Below are positions 24,041 to 38,121 of a stretch of DNA of 64,000 bases, one piece after another. The notes under the pieces are model-generated. The model saw only the letters and a program-made list of their open reading frames with translations. It made no database searches and was not told where the DNA came from. Each line of letters begins with the position of its first letter. Position 1 is the stretch's first letter. This DNA is from Selaginella moellendorffii (taxonomy: Eukaryota > Plantae > Lycopodiophyta): positions 5,473,876 to 5,537,875 of the forward strand of contig NW_003314262.1 of the NCBI RefSeq assembly GCF_000143415.4. Direction: 5' to 3'. The position numbers and the translations under genes were made by a program.

Positions 24041-26089
24041 TGCAAGCAAAAGCTTTGAACCGAGACATTTTGCTTCTGACTTCTGATGCCGAGAGGTTAT
24101 CATAATCCTTGTTTCTTTTTCCTTTCGAGGCTTACTTGTGCTCGCAGAAAAGATTCCACCTCTGGGGTCATGGCAGCCAGAGTCTCGGGTTGGATCACCA
24201 TCACGTCTGCGGCAATGGTGTGGTCTCTGGTACATTCATTGTCTACTTCTGTGGATCTCCACCAGCTGATTGTTCACACGAAAAATTCAAGAAGCTCCCT
24301 TACCTTCAAGGCCGATCGAGCAACATAACTCAGCGGGAGCGCCTCTAATCTGGGGCATCCAAAGCCATAGTGACGAGGCAGATTCAACCAAGCTGGTGGT
24401 AAGATCTCTCTTTTATTTTTCCTTTAGTCAGTGGCTTTGCTTGTAGGCTGTGGGTCTGAGGAGAAGCATAATTACGCTGAGCGTCATGCTGCTCCAGGCT
24501 TACCGGACAGGGTCATACTGCTCGAAAGTCGCGCCGGCACTGAATGATCCACTGTTTGGCAGTCGAGAGCGGCCTCGTCTCGCAAGTTATGGTCTTCAAC
24601 GCTCTCATCAACTAGCCCAGGCCTCTCCAGGCACAGTCGCAAAACTTCTCCGGAGAACACGCAGGTTCTTGGACGATGCCAGGCTGCTACACAAGCTGTG
24701 TGCAACGACGCTCGAAGAACGGATCTCCAGACGGGGTGTTTGATTGATGATTTGAAATTAAAAGACAGCATCTCATTCGTCTGAGAGCAAAGTTTTCTCT
24801 TAGCAATGAAAAAACCTCATCATGCCTCTGCTCGATCGTTCTACTCGTCTAAGGCTGCATGGCGAGGTCCGGAGAGGCATAAAAAGGAAATTTATAGCTA
24901 TAATCACATGATAATTCTTCTTTTTGACATATTTATTTATTTTATTATAGTACTGTGTTTCATAAAATGGAAAAAGAACAACAAATAAATTATAGCTAAA
25001 AAATGTAATAAAACAGTAGAAAAACTTCTGTTTGCTTTAGAAAACAAGGTGTAAAGAATATACTTAAAATATCCAAGCATGTTGTGGCTTCCTCTTGTTA
25101 ATCTCTTCTCTAATTCATTTGTAATCAAATTTAATGCTAATTTTCTTACTTCACTAATTAAGAACGAGATGGAATAAAGAATAATTTGGTTTCTTTAATG
25201 TTTTATATTTTCTCTCTATATATATAAACTGCTTCATAGTCTATGTTTTTGTTTTTGTGCAATTAATAATTATTATCCATATATGATTGTTATTTCATAT
25301 TTCATATTTTATTTATTGGATATATCAAATTCTTTACATAAGTTTTCTTAACTCTTCACTCTTCACTTATTGAAATCACCTATTATTATTGTTAGAATAT
25401 TTCATATTATATTTGTAAATAAGAATAGGTTCTTGAAGTTAAAGAAGAACTTGGTACTCAGATATAATAAGGGAAAGCTATTTAAATTACTAACTTTTAC
25501 ATGGTAATTTATAGTAGGATTTGAGTAATTGAATTTGAATATTCTATTTCTTCCAACAGGAAATAAACTATTTAATGGTGTTTTTATGGGAAATAGTTGT
25601 TTATAAGGTTTGTAATTGTAGTCTAGGATTCAGAACTTTAAAAGAAATATATTATTTTTCTATTACCTTAAAAATGTATTTAATATTTTTCTTCTTAGTG
25701 TTACCTTGTCTTTCATTTTGATGAATTATATTTTTTATAATTAATTTTTTTGCTCAATTAATGTTAAAGCTCATGATTCTCAGTATCAAATCTTTTCTGG
25801 CTTACATTTGTCTATATTTATTCACAGAACTTTATTATATAGTTGTGTTTAGTAAATCTGTAATAATTTTATGAGAAAATAAAATAATTACTATTTAAAA
25901 TAAAAAATTATATATACAACACTTAAAAAACAAACACGCAAAGTCAGCTCTACAGTGGCTACGTCACTTAAAAACAAAAGCACGTCAGGGTGCATAATTG
26001 TTTCAAAAACTTAAAGCCTTGAAACCTGTTTTTATTTTTTTAATAAAAGCAATCGATGCTTGTTTGCATGTAGTTCATTTGTTGAAATC

Positions 26090-27833
26090 GTTTGAGTTCT
26101 TACTATCTCTCAAATTGTTTACTTGTTCGTCTTCTACATTTCTATCCGTTGGTTGTTAGGGAACAATGTCTTTGGCCTTGTAACAACCATCTCAACAGCA
26201 CATTACACTCAGTAAACTATGATTTTGATGTTGTTTATCGCCTAGGGAGTTCTATGGCTAATGCTGATGCCTTTTCTCGAGCTCCTTTTCCTTTTCCACT
26301 CTCTTCTCATGTTTCTGACGAGTTTGTTATTTTAGCATCTATGGATTTTCTAGATGAGGATTCTGTGCCGCTAGTGGTTGCTGTACTTGACATTCAATGT
26401 TCATAAGGCACAGAGCAAGATTTACCTTCTCTTTAAAAAATTTGAGCTGTGGATTCGAAGGCTTCGAGATGGGTTTGAGAATCCTATATCACTTGCTAAT
26501 GACTTGCCTTTCCGGCATTTACATTCTCAATATTGCCTTAAAGACAACCTTTTTTATTTTGTGAGGACGGATCCTAATAGTTATTTACAGTTAGTGGTGC
26601 CTTCTGTCTTTATTCCGCGGTTTTTCCATACCTATCATAATTCTCCTATTCTATGTGGGCATATAAGACCTTTTTCACAATCAACTGTTGGGAATGAGTA
26701 TGTTATTATTGCTTCTGACTATTTGACTCGTTAAGTGGAAGTTGCTACTCTTGCTAACGCCTTTGCAACTACTATTGAATACTTCCTCCTCAATCGAGTG
26801 GTGTTTCAGCATTCTTGTCCAGAATAGATTCTTTTGGATAATGGTCCTATATTTATAGCTGAGGCATTTCATGTTTTGATGTCTCGGTTGGGGATACGCC
26901 ACATTTTCACAAGTGTTTATCATCCACAATCAGAAAGTTTGGTGGAACGGCTCGTTCTCACGTTCAAAAGGATGATCATGAAGTATGTGAACTTTCAGCA
27001 TTCTGATTGGGATGGTTATTTGCCATCTCTTCGGTATGCATATGTCACAAAAGTGTAGAGTTCTGTTAGTGTTTCATCATATAAACTCTTATATGGTTAT
27101 GATCCAATATTACTAAAGGAGTTAGGTTTACCTTTGCGATTGCCACAAATTGCCGATGCTAGGTCGTGGGATTTGTATTTGACAAGCATTCTTCCACTTG
27201 TCCGAGTAGAGTCTGCCGAACACTTAGGTCGTGTACAAGTAGGACAACAATGACACTACAACTTCCATCATCGTTCACTTGTGGAGTACAAAGTGGATGA
27301 CTTTGTGTTAGTCTGTTTTCCCCATTTTACGGTATGTGGTTTGTCTAAGGGGTTCCTTGTTCAATAGAAAGGACTATATCGAGCGTTGCGGCAAGTTGGA
27401 CACAAGTTTATAAGGTTCAACATGATGTCAAACAAATTAATCCTCTAGAGATTGTGCATATGCAACAGTTAAAATGATTATACAAAGGGATCAAGAGCAG
27501 TTAATACCACCTACAGATTTATCAATGCCTCCTTTTGATATTCTTCCAGATCTCGGCCCATTTACAAAAGAACTCTAATGGTTTTTCATTATTTTGAGAG
27601 GAGGGAATGATGTGAGGGCTAAGTGTACAGTTACAATGCCATATACTAATATTAGTGTAGTGGGATTTGACATCAGATTGATTTAAATCTGGACCATTCA
27701 CTCTTATATATAAGTTTAGTTTAGGTTAATTGATATTCACATTTTCTGTATTCCCTTTCCATATTCCATGCAGTCATAGTTTATATTTTTGTTTAAAAGT
27801 TCCTTGATAAATAAAATATAATCTTATATAACA
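26090..27833 (+). mobile_element. Ty3/gypsy retrotransposon 3' remnant (RNase H end, integrase, PPT, probable 3' LTR)
   Basis: YDFDVVYRLGSSMANADAFSR; DNGPIFIAE...TSVYHPQSESLVERL. A purine tract gagaggagggaatga precedes TG at 27611. Candidate LTR 27611-27833 ends in ACA. Confidence 0.85.
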
Positions 27834-28099
27834 CTTTTTAGTTATAATTCATTTTATATAAAAACATTATATACATATTCTGAATTTCAAACCAACAAAA
27901 CCTGGTTAACCAAGAGTATAAACATTGAGAAAGGAGATGGCTTTACTTACACGAAAACAATGATTTACAAAAATCCATGCATTTGAGAGTTTTTGGCAAT
28001 AGAAAACACCAGGATGAACAAGGCTAGGGTTTTTTGCAAGTGATGGAGGACGAAGCTGATGGGTATAAGCGATTCGCAGCACCAGTGTCATTTTTATGT

Positions 28100-30760
28100 T
28101 TTAGTCTAACCAAGCACTTGAAAAATGCAGGAGCTGCAGCGCATCGAAGCTCAAAGCGCTGTTTGAGACCGAGCAGCAGAAGCTTCAGGTAAAGAATATT
28201 TTTTTTTGCTCTTAAGTTACGAAAAACAGGTTTTTTCTGTTTTTGTTCTTCGTGTCAGGTTGGCAATCCAAGTTTTCAATATCAGCCTCCAAAGCTGCAG
28301 CCCCGTCTGTCGTTTGCACCATCGTTTTCTAGCCAGGTCTTTGATTCTTTTCTGGGAACTTTGAGCTACTGATTTGTGCTTGTGTTTCTTTTCCAGGTCC
28401 TCTTCTCCACAGAACTTTCCAACGTTGTTTTCATGCTTCCATCAGGTGAGAATCATGTCGAATTTTTCTAGCTCTTCTTGTTCCATGCAGTGACTGATTG
28501 CGTCCAAATAGGTCGTCGACAAGAAAATGTTGGCGATGCTACCATTCAAATCATAAAAACAGAGACGCACGACCAACAGGTTTTAGAACCACACTCTAAA
28601 TCCTCTGGCCATCTCTTTTTCATTTTACCTTTGCAGGACTCACGCATTGTCGTATCCAACGCTGCTAAGGTTGTCGTTGCGGAGGTGTCTTTCACGGGAA
28701 TTATAAACATAGTGGTTTGTAGACAGCCCCTTTCCTCGTGTTCGTTCTTTTTCCATGAGATTTTCCATTCGTTTCTTCCACTGCAGCCCGACGCAAATTG
28801 CCGGATTGCCATTGAGACCAGCCAACATATTGTGGAAGCGACATTTCGCAGGTCGGCCTCTTTCTCTATTTCTTCTCAGTAGAAGCCATGCGACAACATG
28901 ATAATCTGTAACTTAGCTTTTGTACTCCAGCACAGATACATGGATGGAGTTTGCTAAGGTTTTTGTTTACGCTCGCTATCACGTACAACACTCTGTGGCA
29001 CAAGTCTTCCAGGTATCGCTTTCACTTTCAATCGAAGTCTGTATGATTGATGGATTTTGTTTCAGGATGTGGTATGTCCAAAAGACAATTTCAGGGAGAT
29101 CGAAGATGGCGATGTGGTGAGTATCATTATTTTTTCCTCTTTTATACTTTGCTCCAGCTGCTTGAATTCTTGTGATCTAGGTGCAAGTGCTTTGTAAAGT
29201 GTTCCTTGCAAAACCGTGGAATGAGTGTTCCACTGGGCTAGTTTTTTATGGAGACACTCCAGGTTTGCTTTGAAAAAATCTCGTGTGTAATCTGGGATTT
29301 TTGTGCCAGAGAAAACTATCAAACTTGAGATCGGTTCGAAAAACTTCACAGGTAAGAATTGATTGTTTCTTCGTCAATTTTTCCATGGAAAGTTTCTTTG
29401 TCCAGGACTGGAAGATGGAATCCGAGGAATGCTAAAAGGAGGGAGAAGGCTTCTGATGTTCAAGGATCATGACGACGAGGTTCACTTTGATTGAGCTCAT
29501 CGAACTTCGATTGGTTTTTCTTATCTCGTTTCATTCAGGACTCGCTGGCGGCTTTGTACGATATAACGGTAGCTCGTGTCCGCAAGAGGAAAACCTTGAA
29601 GCAGCCGAGTGAAATGGAAAGCTCGAAAGAAATGGAAATAATTCCAGAACTTCCTGCCAATGACATACAACAGAGCTTTGGAGATGAGGGGAGCGAAAGG
29701 AAAGTGGAAACTGTGACTGACCGTCTGGCTCGCATGACTCGCGCTGGAGCAGCAGTAAATCTCCATCTTTTTTCGGCTCCAGCTCCAAAACAAGGGAACG
29801 AAACTCCGAAACTTGATTCCGACAAGTTGGCTCCAAATCGTACTGGGGACACTGGCGATGAATCACGAGTTTTTGTTCAGTCCGGTCCAATACTGACTTG
29901 CGAGCACCTCGAGCTCTTACGGGAAATCAAGCATTCACAGGTACGTAATTGGAATCAAACTTGAGCGAGCTTACCATTTTCTTCTTCTTGTATTGTACGT
30001 AGGCAAACATGTCCGAGTCATTCGCGTCATTTTCTTCGAGACTCGACCAGCTTGTAAACTCGAAATCACGCGACTTTGAGCGGCGAGTGATTCCGGAGAC
30101 GGAGCTCGTGGACGAGGAAAGCAACTCAGAAGAAGACAATCTGGTGGAGTCGATTGCGAGAATGATCGCCGAAAACAGAGAGCTCAAAAGACGCTTGGAG
30201 TCGTCCAAAGGTAGTCTAGTCTTTCACCTTGCTTCTCTCTTGTTCTTGAACAGTGTCGATGTAGGACCACGAAAGATCAAACAGCCAAGTCGTGAATCCA
30301 ACGGAGACTCCAGGGACTGGAAGACCAAGTTGAGCAGATCCTACACCGGATTTCCCTGTAAGAAATCTCTTCTACTCCACATCCAAAAACTCTTTTTTCT
30401 TCCAGAGACATGGAAATCGAAATGACCAACAGCCATCNNNNNNNNNNNNNNNNNNNNNNNNNNNNNNNNNNNNNNNNNNNNNNNNNNNNNNNNNNNNNNN
30501 NNNNNNNNNNNNNNNNNNNNNNNNNNNNNNNNNNNNNAAGCCAGCCTTTTGAGCTCCTTGCAGCAAAAACTAGACGCGGCGACAGCATCCATCCTTGGAG
30601 ATCGTAAACCAAATCTAGCAAGAGGAAGTTCTCAAAAACGAAGGCAATCTAGTTTCTCCTCTCGTCGTGCACGGAAGATGAGGTAAGCATTACATACTTT
30701 ACTCGAAGACAATTCTCGCAGAATCGGCAGGACTTAACCCGTACGAAGAAATCACTCTAA
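28100..30760 (+). CDS. Multi-exon hypothetical gene, possibly partly degenerate, spanning an assembly gap
   Basis: More than ten short exons separated by ~50-70-nt GT-AG introns. Longer exons at ~29539-29940 and ~30003-30210 include a coiled-coil-like stretch (IAENRELKRRLE). Some exons contain stops. Boundaries are approximate. Confidence 0.4.
30438..30537. other. Assembly gap (100 N)
   Basis: Run of n. Confidence 1.
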
Positions 30761-31606
30761 AGAGACACCACTCTCTTAGTCCGGGTGGAATTTTACCGGG
30801 ACAAGCTCGAAGACTTTGGTGGTGGAATTCGCACTAAGATCATGTTAAGCACGCATTGGAAGTAACAAGGGTGTCGACATAAAGGAACCAAAGTGTCGAC
30901 ACCCATGACAACATCCAATTCTCTCGAGTTTGTGACGATCGCTATCAGTGACTACACACTCTCCACACAAATGGAGCCATTCTCTACTTTAAAAAGCTCT
31001 CTCCTCGTGGAACGCTTTGGTGGAATTTGGCATCCAGAGCACGAAGAGTTAAAAAAACCACAGTGACGATAAGACGAAGCACAGGAGTTGTATTCTACTC
31101 CCAACATCCCGGAGTGTTGCTATCGTTTTCTCGTTACGAATCCCGGCCGTCCGTGGCTTGTAACGCCCAGATGCTGGTGGCAGTCCATCTCCTGGACTTT
31201 CCGCCCCGTAATGCTGGAGCTGTCGTACACTGGCCAAGAGGAATGGGCGCTCCTATATAAAGTGGCCTGGCCGTTCAGTCATGGGAATGTGAAGGCCGCA
31301 TTAGATTGAAAGAGGGGCCTAGGGTTTTGTGCGCGCAGTAGCACGGATCGATCGATCGAGGCGCTGGCTGGCGGCGCGACTCTTCTCCAGGTCTGGGATC
31401 CTGCTTGTCCGATTCCGGTCTGGAAATTTCATCATATTTTAGATTCTGGCAGCTTTCTGGTGTTCGCTGTCTGGATCCTTTTTTTGTAGTTCTCTTTGTG
31501 TGGTAGCAGTGTCCTACATTCTGGATTTGTGTCCTTTTCTTTCTCACTGGAGTGTGCTCTAAGCCTGATTGGTGTTCTTCTTTCTTTTCCTGACTAGATT
31601 CATAGA

Positions 31607-34558
31607 ATGCACAAGCTGAGCCTTCTCACCAGGACGATTCCGATCTCTATTCCTTCCAGATTGGTGTCGAGGAATTTCCACTCCGGATTGAAGCCTCTGT
31701 TCTCAAGGCCTCGGTCAAACAAGCCGGCGTTGTGCACCAGGAGTGTTGGAACTATGGGATCACTCGCAGAGACGGATGTGCTGTTCTACCCGGATGTTCG
31801 TCGCGATGAATCCGTCGCTGATGATTACCATGGAGTTCGTGTTGCTGATCCTTACCGATGGTACTCTTGTCTCTTGGCCATTTCCTTTTATCAGTTTTTT
31901 TTCTTCTTTCCTTTCAGGCTGGAGGATCCAGACGCGGAGGAAGTGAAAGCTTTCGTAGCCGAGCAAGTGAAACTCACGGACACGGTTTTGCAGTCCTGTG
32001 ATGTTCGGCAGAAAATGAACAACAAGATCACCGAGCTCTTCGACTACCCCAAGTTTGAGTGCCCGTTCAAAAGGGGAGACAAATACTTCTACTTTCACAA
32101 CAAAGGCCTACAGCCACAAAGCGTGTTGTACGCACAGGTAGTTTGGAAATCATTTGGTATGCCGGTTTTTAAGTTTTCGTGCCGCAGGATACCTTGGATG
32201 GTGAAGCGGAGGTTATTCTTGATCCTAATGAACTTAGCGAGGATGGAACTGTGGCGCTATCAGTCTATTCCTTCAGTGAAAATGCGGAATTTCTAGCTTT
32301 TGGTTTGAGTGCCAGTGGTAGTGACTGGGTTACCATCAAGGTTCTTCGTGTTGCTACTAAGGCTCTCGAGCCTGACGTATTGTGCTGGGTAAATTGAGCT
32401 TTTGCTTCTCGTGACAACTTCCAGTCTAATTGTTTGTATATCCAGGTCAAGTTTTCAAGTATTGCCTGGACACATGATCATAAAGGTTTCTTCTATTGTC
32501 GATATCCTACTCCCGTGTAAGTTTTAAGTCGATGGATTTTCTTGCAATTGGTCTTAAATGTGCGAGTTTTGCAGAAAGGATGCGGATGCTGGAACTGAAA
32601 CAGATCTTAATCTTTCTCAGCAGGTTTACTATCACTTTCTAGGAACTGATCAATCGGAAGACATATTGTGCTGGAAAGACTCTGACAATCCCAAGTGGAT
32701 GTTTGGAGCTGAAGTTACTGATGATGGCAAGGTGAGAGGTGTTTTTTTTTTGCTCTTCGTTTGGTTTTTATTTTCTTCTCCGTTTTTTATTTTTTCAGTA
32801 CCTTGTGCTTTCGATCGAAGAAGGATGCGATCCCGTAAACAGGCTTTATCTTTGTGAACTCGACTCACTGCCAAATGGACTACAGGGATGGAAAGGCAAG
32901 GATGAGTTGCTACCGTTTGAGAGGCTTGTGGATAAGTTTGACGCAAAGTATGAGGTGATTGCGAACGACGGCAATGTCTTCACATTTCGGACAAACAAAA
33001 ATGCGCCACGATACAAAGTAACGCGGGTGGACACCAGGAATCCGGAAACATGGACAGACATTATTGCCGAGTCAGCGAAGGATGTTTTGGACTCAGCGCA
33101 GTGCGTGAACCACCAGCAATTGGTAGTATCGTATCTCAGCGACGTAAAGCATGTGCTTGAGGTTCGCGACTTGGAACATGGCACGTTATTGAGAACTCTT
33201 CCTCTGGATATTGGAACGGTTTCAGGGATTTCTGGACGAAGAAAAGATGCGGAGATCTTCTATGGTTTCACAAGCTTCCTTACGCCTGGGGTCATCTATC
33301 GCTGTGACTTATCGGAGGACTCGGAGCTTACCGTTTTCAAAGAAACCAGTGTGAAAGGTTTCGACAGAACCAGATTTGAGACGAAACAGGTAAAATCTTA
33401 ACTACTCAGGAAAAAATCTCTGACGCTTGTTTTGCAGGTATTCGTCCCCAGCAAAGACGGTACAAAAGTTCCCATGTTTATTGTTGCCAGGAAAAGTATT
33501 GCGCTCGATGGCAAACATCCGGCATTGCTATATGGCTATGGAGGTTTTAACATCAGCATAACCCCGTACTTCAGTGCTTCAAGGATAGTTCTTATTCAGC
33601 ACTGCGGGGTCATTTTCGCGATTGCTAACATCAGAGGTGGTGGTGAATACGGCGAAGAGTGGCACAGAGCTGGTTCTCTTGGCAACAAGCAGAATTGTTT
33701 TGACGATTTCCAAGCATGCTCCGAGTATTTGATCAAAGAAGGCTACACTCAACCAAGAAAGCTTGGTATCGAGGGAGGAAGCAATGGTGGCCTTCTTGTA
33801 GCGGCATGCATCAACCAGGTCTACCTTTTCTTTTAATCAAATTTGCGAGCTAAAACTCCCTACTGTTTGCAGAGGCCTGATCTCTATGGATGTGCTCTTG
33901 CTCATGTAGGTGTTATGGACATGCTAAGGTTCCACAAGTTTACAATCGGTGAGCTCCTTTAGTTTCTCTCGCGCATCGGACGTGTCTTACTCTCTTGATT
34001 CGCAGGTCATGCCTGGACAACGGACTATGGCTGCTCTGAGAAAGAAGAGGAGTTCAAGTGGTTGATCAAGTAAGCTCCTCCCTCATTCTCACTCTACTAG
34101 AACTCACTGCTCTCTCTTTGCAAATTCTAGATACTCTCCTCTTCATAACGTTTCGAGACCCTGGGAGAAGCCTGATGGCCTTGGTGTTCAGTATCCACCA
34201 ACGATGCTCTTAACCGCAGACCATGACGATCGAGTTGTGCCACTCCACACTCTAAAACTCCTTGCAGTACGTTGAAGTTTTTCTGCGCTTCCAAGTTCTA
34301 ACCATTGAGTCCACAGACATTGCAGCATGTACTCATCAAATCCTCCAAATCAAGCAACCAGACGAATCCAATCGTAGCTCGCATCGACACAAAGGCCGGG
34401 CATGGAGCTGGCCGTCCCACCAAGAAAATGGTACGCGTTCTTCCTTCTCCTCCTTTCGAAGCTAACTTTTTCGTTTCGATCCAACTCCACAGATTGACGA
34501 GGCTGCCGATCGATTGTCATTCTTCGTTAAGATGACTGGCGCGGAGTGGACAGAGTAG
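31607..34558 (+). CDS. PREP: Prolyl oligopeptidase (S9A), multi-exon
   Basis: [13 protein letters not shown]|[20 protein letters not shown], catalytic GGSNGG (Ser), ADHDDRVVP (Asp), AGHGAG (His). Stop TAG at 34556-34558. Confidence 0.97.
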
Positions 34559-34838
34559 CGATCCAGTTTTTCCATCTTTATTTCTCGTTCTTTTTTTGTT
34601 CCTATTTCTCTATATTTATGTTCATCACTGCAAGTTATATCCGAAGGAAGTAACTGTATCGATGATAGGAAATTATTTTTAAAAAATAGATTTGTCTTTT
34701 ATTGCGTCGTGGCTGCTCCTCAAAGTGGCAACGACGGGTGACATCAAAATAAACTTCCAGCACCGAGTTAGGGCGAGGGAGTTGTTTTTATAGCCTGGAT
34801 TGGGAGAAAATTAGGAATAGACGTCCGTGCGAAAGGGA

Positions 34839-35983
34839 ATGGAGCGTTCCTCTCAAATCCTACTGGTACTACTTTCCCTCTCCAGTAAGGCCATTTGTTC
34901 GATTATTCTTGGATGTTTGCAAACAATACTATAACGATTTTATTCTTTGCAGCTCTTATTTCTTCGTCCTTTGAGGTTGGAATGGTGCCAAGGCTGTTGA
35001 GATTGTTGAGAATCAAAGCCTCGCTTTTTGGATCCCTTGCAAGGCCAGGCATCTTGAAGAGCACGGGGTGCTCCACAACATCACCTTTTAACTGGTATCT
35101 CCCTTGTTATCTTATATTTTCTTCCCTGAATCAAATGCTTTGAAAAAGGTCGGCTTTTGAGGCCCGGGAATGGCTACACGCATGGTCTCTTTTCTCGCTT
35201 TCTCACCACTCAAGCTTTGGAAAACTACTACACTAGCGATTTCTTCCAGACCGCCATTCAGCCGATGATACCGTTTCTCAAGGTATCTTGTTTTTGTTTA
35301 TCTGTTTGATTCTCATCGGATATTCAGGGTGAGGATTCAGTTGATTACAGTTCGCCTCTCGAGCATGCGGATCCTGCAGAGGTATGTGGGAAGAGTCTCT
35401 ATTCTGTCTAGAAAGGAAGCTCTTTTTATTTGTTTCTTTGTTTGTACCAAGCAGAAGTTTAAAGGCGAGGTCGTCCACGTCTGTTTCTTCAAGCTCAAAG
35501 CGAATGTCATGCAAAACGAAACTCAATCTTTGATCTCGAAACTCAAAAATCTAGCTAATGCGATGCCCTCCACCGTATTACAAGTAACATCTGGTACGTA
35601 ATTCATTCTTCCTCAAGAGAATAGAAACTAATTTCGCGCTCTTTGAGAAACTAGGCTCTAACATCAAGATCCGCCCCGATTATCTTGTGTTTTCCCATTC
35701 TTTTGTCGCTCGTTTGGCCTCAGGTATGATCCAAGACTTCTCATTGCATTACCGTTGTTTAAATTGACTTTCTTGTTCAATTCATAGAATCTGCCGTGAA
35801 GAACTTCTATGGTCATCCTTCTTATAAAGAGGTGAAACATTTTTAGTTTTTAATCCGTTGTGAACTCACAGATTATCATATGATATGATACAATAGGTTG
35901 TGGCTGAAATCAAACAATCGAGCACGCTTTTCGTTGAAGCCGATTTTCTTCCAGTGGATTATCATTCACTCGGGTCAATGTAA
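34839..35983 (+). CDS. Stress-responsive alpha/beta barrel (Dabb) domain protein, multi-exon; 5' end uncertain
   Basis: VVHVCFFKLK...LKNLANAMP..V.QV.SG|SN...FSHSFVARL...AVKNFYGHPSYKE|VVAEI...EADF matches the Dabb pattern. Confidence 0.65.
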
Positions 35984-36713
35984 AACATCTTTGCAATAAG
36001 AAAGCTCATCAAATCAAGCAAAGGCTGGACAGGAAACTATTTTAGTCTTATCAGCGTGAGACATGCTTTTGTGTGGACTGGAAGAGTCCTACTCTTGTAA
36101 AGAATAGTATTATGCCTGCAAGGACAATGGATCCAAGAACCAAGTACGTATTTTTCTTCGTTTTTGTTTTCTATCACTATGGTCGCCAGTCCAGGAGCTC
36201 GGTCAGGCCCTACAGCCCTGTTCCTGCTAGCAAGGAGCCACCTGAAAGCTTCGCTCGCAACAAAGATATAAGTCAATACAAGTAAATTCTCAGTAATCAT
36301 GCCCAGGAATCCACTAGTGTTGGTTGTCGCACGAGAGTTTTTTATATCTTAATCTTGCAGTACAAAGTTCTAGCAACTAAATTCCTCTCTTAAATGCCAG
36401 ATGCATGGCTTTAGATATTTGTGACGCGCGCCCTGGACAGTCCCCCGGGTCTAGACGGCACAAGCATCAACCCTAAAACACCCTAGTAAAAGTCTTTTGT
36501 ACAGCCAAAGACTCTGGTCTTTCTCTTTTTCTTTTTCTTGATTTTTCTCAAGATTTAGAGTACCATAGCGGAGCTGCGAGGGACGTCTCCAATCCGCGTT
36601 CGGGACACGGACAAAAAAGTGGTCTTCGTAGAAAGAGAACTCCATGGCTAAATACCCAACTCCCTTGGAAGAAATTCAAAACAAAAAAACCGCAAAGATA
36701 GGGAGCTAAAGCT

Positions 36714-37678
36714 ATGCGGCCTTCTTCCGATTCCTGTTACTTCAATCTTCCCGGCTTTCGATTCAATCCCACCGAGGAGGAGCTTGTCAGTTTCTATCTC
36801 GAGTGCAAGGTCCGAGGCAAGTTGAATCTCCCCCCGGGCGTGATCTTAGATGTGGACTTTTATCATCACGATCCATGGGAGCTCTCTGGTATCTCTGTTT
36901 ATACGCAATGTTCTTGGTTCTCATTCTCAAGGCTGCTTTGGTTTCTTCTAGATATGATTCCAAGCGAGAACACCAAGGTGTTCTACTTCTTCGTGCCGAG
37001 AGACCGCAAGTATCCCGATGGATCGCGTCCCAGGCGAGTGGCAAGATCCGGCTACTGGAAAGCCACTGGAACCGATCATAAAGTCTCCGATTTCAGAGGC
37101 AAATGTATTGGCAAGAAGAAGACTCTGGTTTTCTACCAAGGCCGAGCTCCCAAAGGAAACAAGACCAACTGGGTGATGAACGAATTCAGGCTTCCCTGGA
37201 CTGATCAACCAAATTCCATTGCCAAAGTTAGTTCTTTTATCCCTCGTCTTTCGGCCTCGTTTTCACGGAGGGTGTGTTTCTTTTCCAGGAGGAATTCGAT
37301 GTCACCTTGTGCCGGATGTATCAGAAGAGCAGCTCTTCACAACTCCAGACGAGATTCTCCACCAGGAGCTCCAAAGTCTGTGACCTTCTACTCAGTGCTC
37401 CTTCCTTGGAGGATGAGAAATCAAACTCAGTGCCATCCCCGGACGATGAAAGATCGGGGGAGAGCTTGCTGGATAGTGATGCTGCCACTGGAGAAATCTC
37501 CGAACTCCTCATGGACTGGAGCAATGTGGAGCAGGTTCTTTTTCCAGAGTTCAACCTCAAGGTGGAAACTCACAACCTTGCCCCGTCGTCGTCTGCTTGG
37601 CCACTGGAATTCTCTCCTGGGATTCTGGTAACTCCCACCTCCATCGCTGGACACTGCCTCTGGGAAAATCAAAGTTAG
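36714..37678 (+). CDS. NAC-domain transcription factor (3 exons)
   Basis: LPGFRFNPTEEELVSFYL, DPWEL, RDRKYPDGSRPRR, GYWKATG, KKTLVFYQGRAPKG.KTNWVMNEFR, TLCRMY. Typical NAC intron positions. Confidence 0.96.
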
Positions 37679-38121
37679 AAAAACCATTAAAACCTCGTGC
37701 AAGAAGTTTTGTCACGTCACATGTCACGGATCTCGTCAATGCTCGAGGCGTCTTATTCAACTATACGGAGTCAAGGTGTTATTTAAATAAAAATCGTTCA
37801 ACCGCAAGAAAAACGTGTACGTAAACTTCATATACAGGAAGCGAAATTGAGCTCGATGGTTCCTGGAAAGAATAAATCGGAAGACGATTTTGTACGATAA
37901 AGCAACCAAGAAAAAGAGAGAGAGAGAGAAGCCCAAACACGTAAGCGCGCTTATTACGAAGAATGCCCAAGTGATGCTAAACCATAAACCCGGTTTGAGC
38001 GTCCAATCCTTCTCCATGCATTTCCTGTCTAAATTCCTCAACCGAGAGGCAAACGCGAGGGGCCGGAAAATCGCATAACTTGCGTCAACTGGCCTCGAGC
38101 TGGTCACTCCAACAGGAACCT

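Noticed and set aside
24880-26080. Very AT-rich tract as organellar insertion or origin
   Set aside because: No recognisable genes or structure; consistent with decayed transposon or intergenic DNA.
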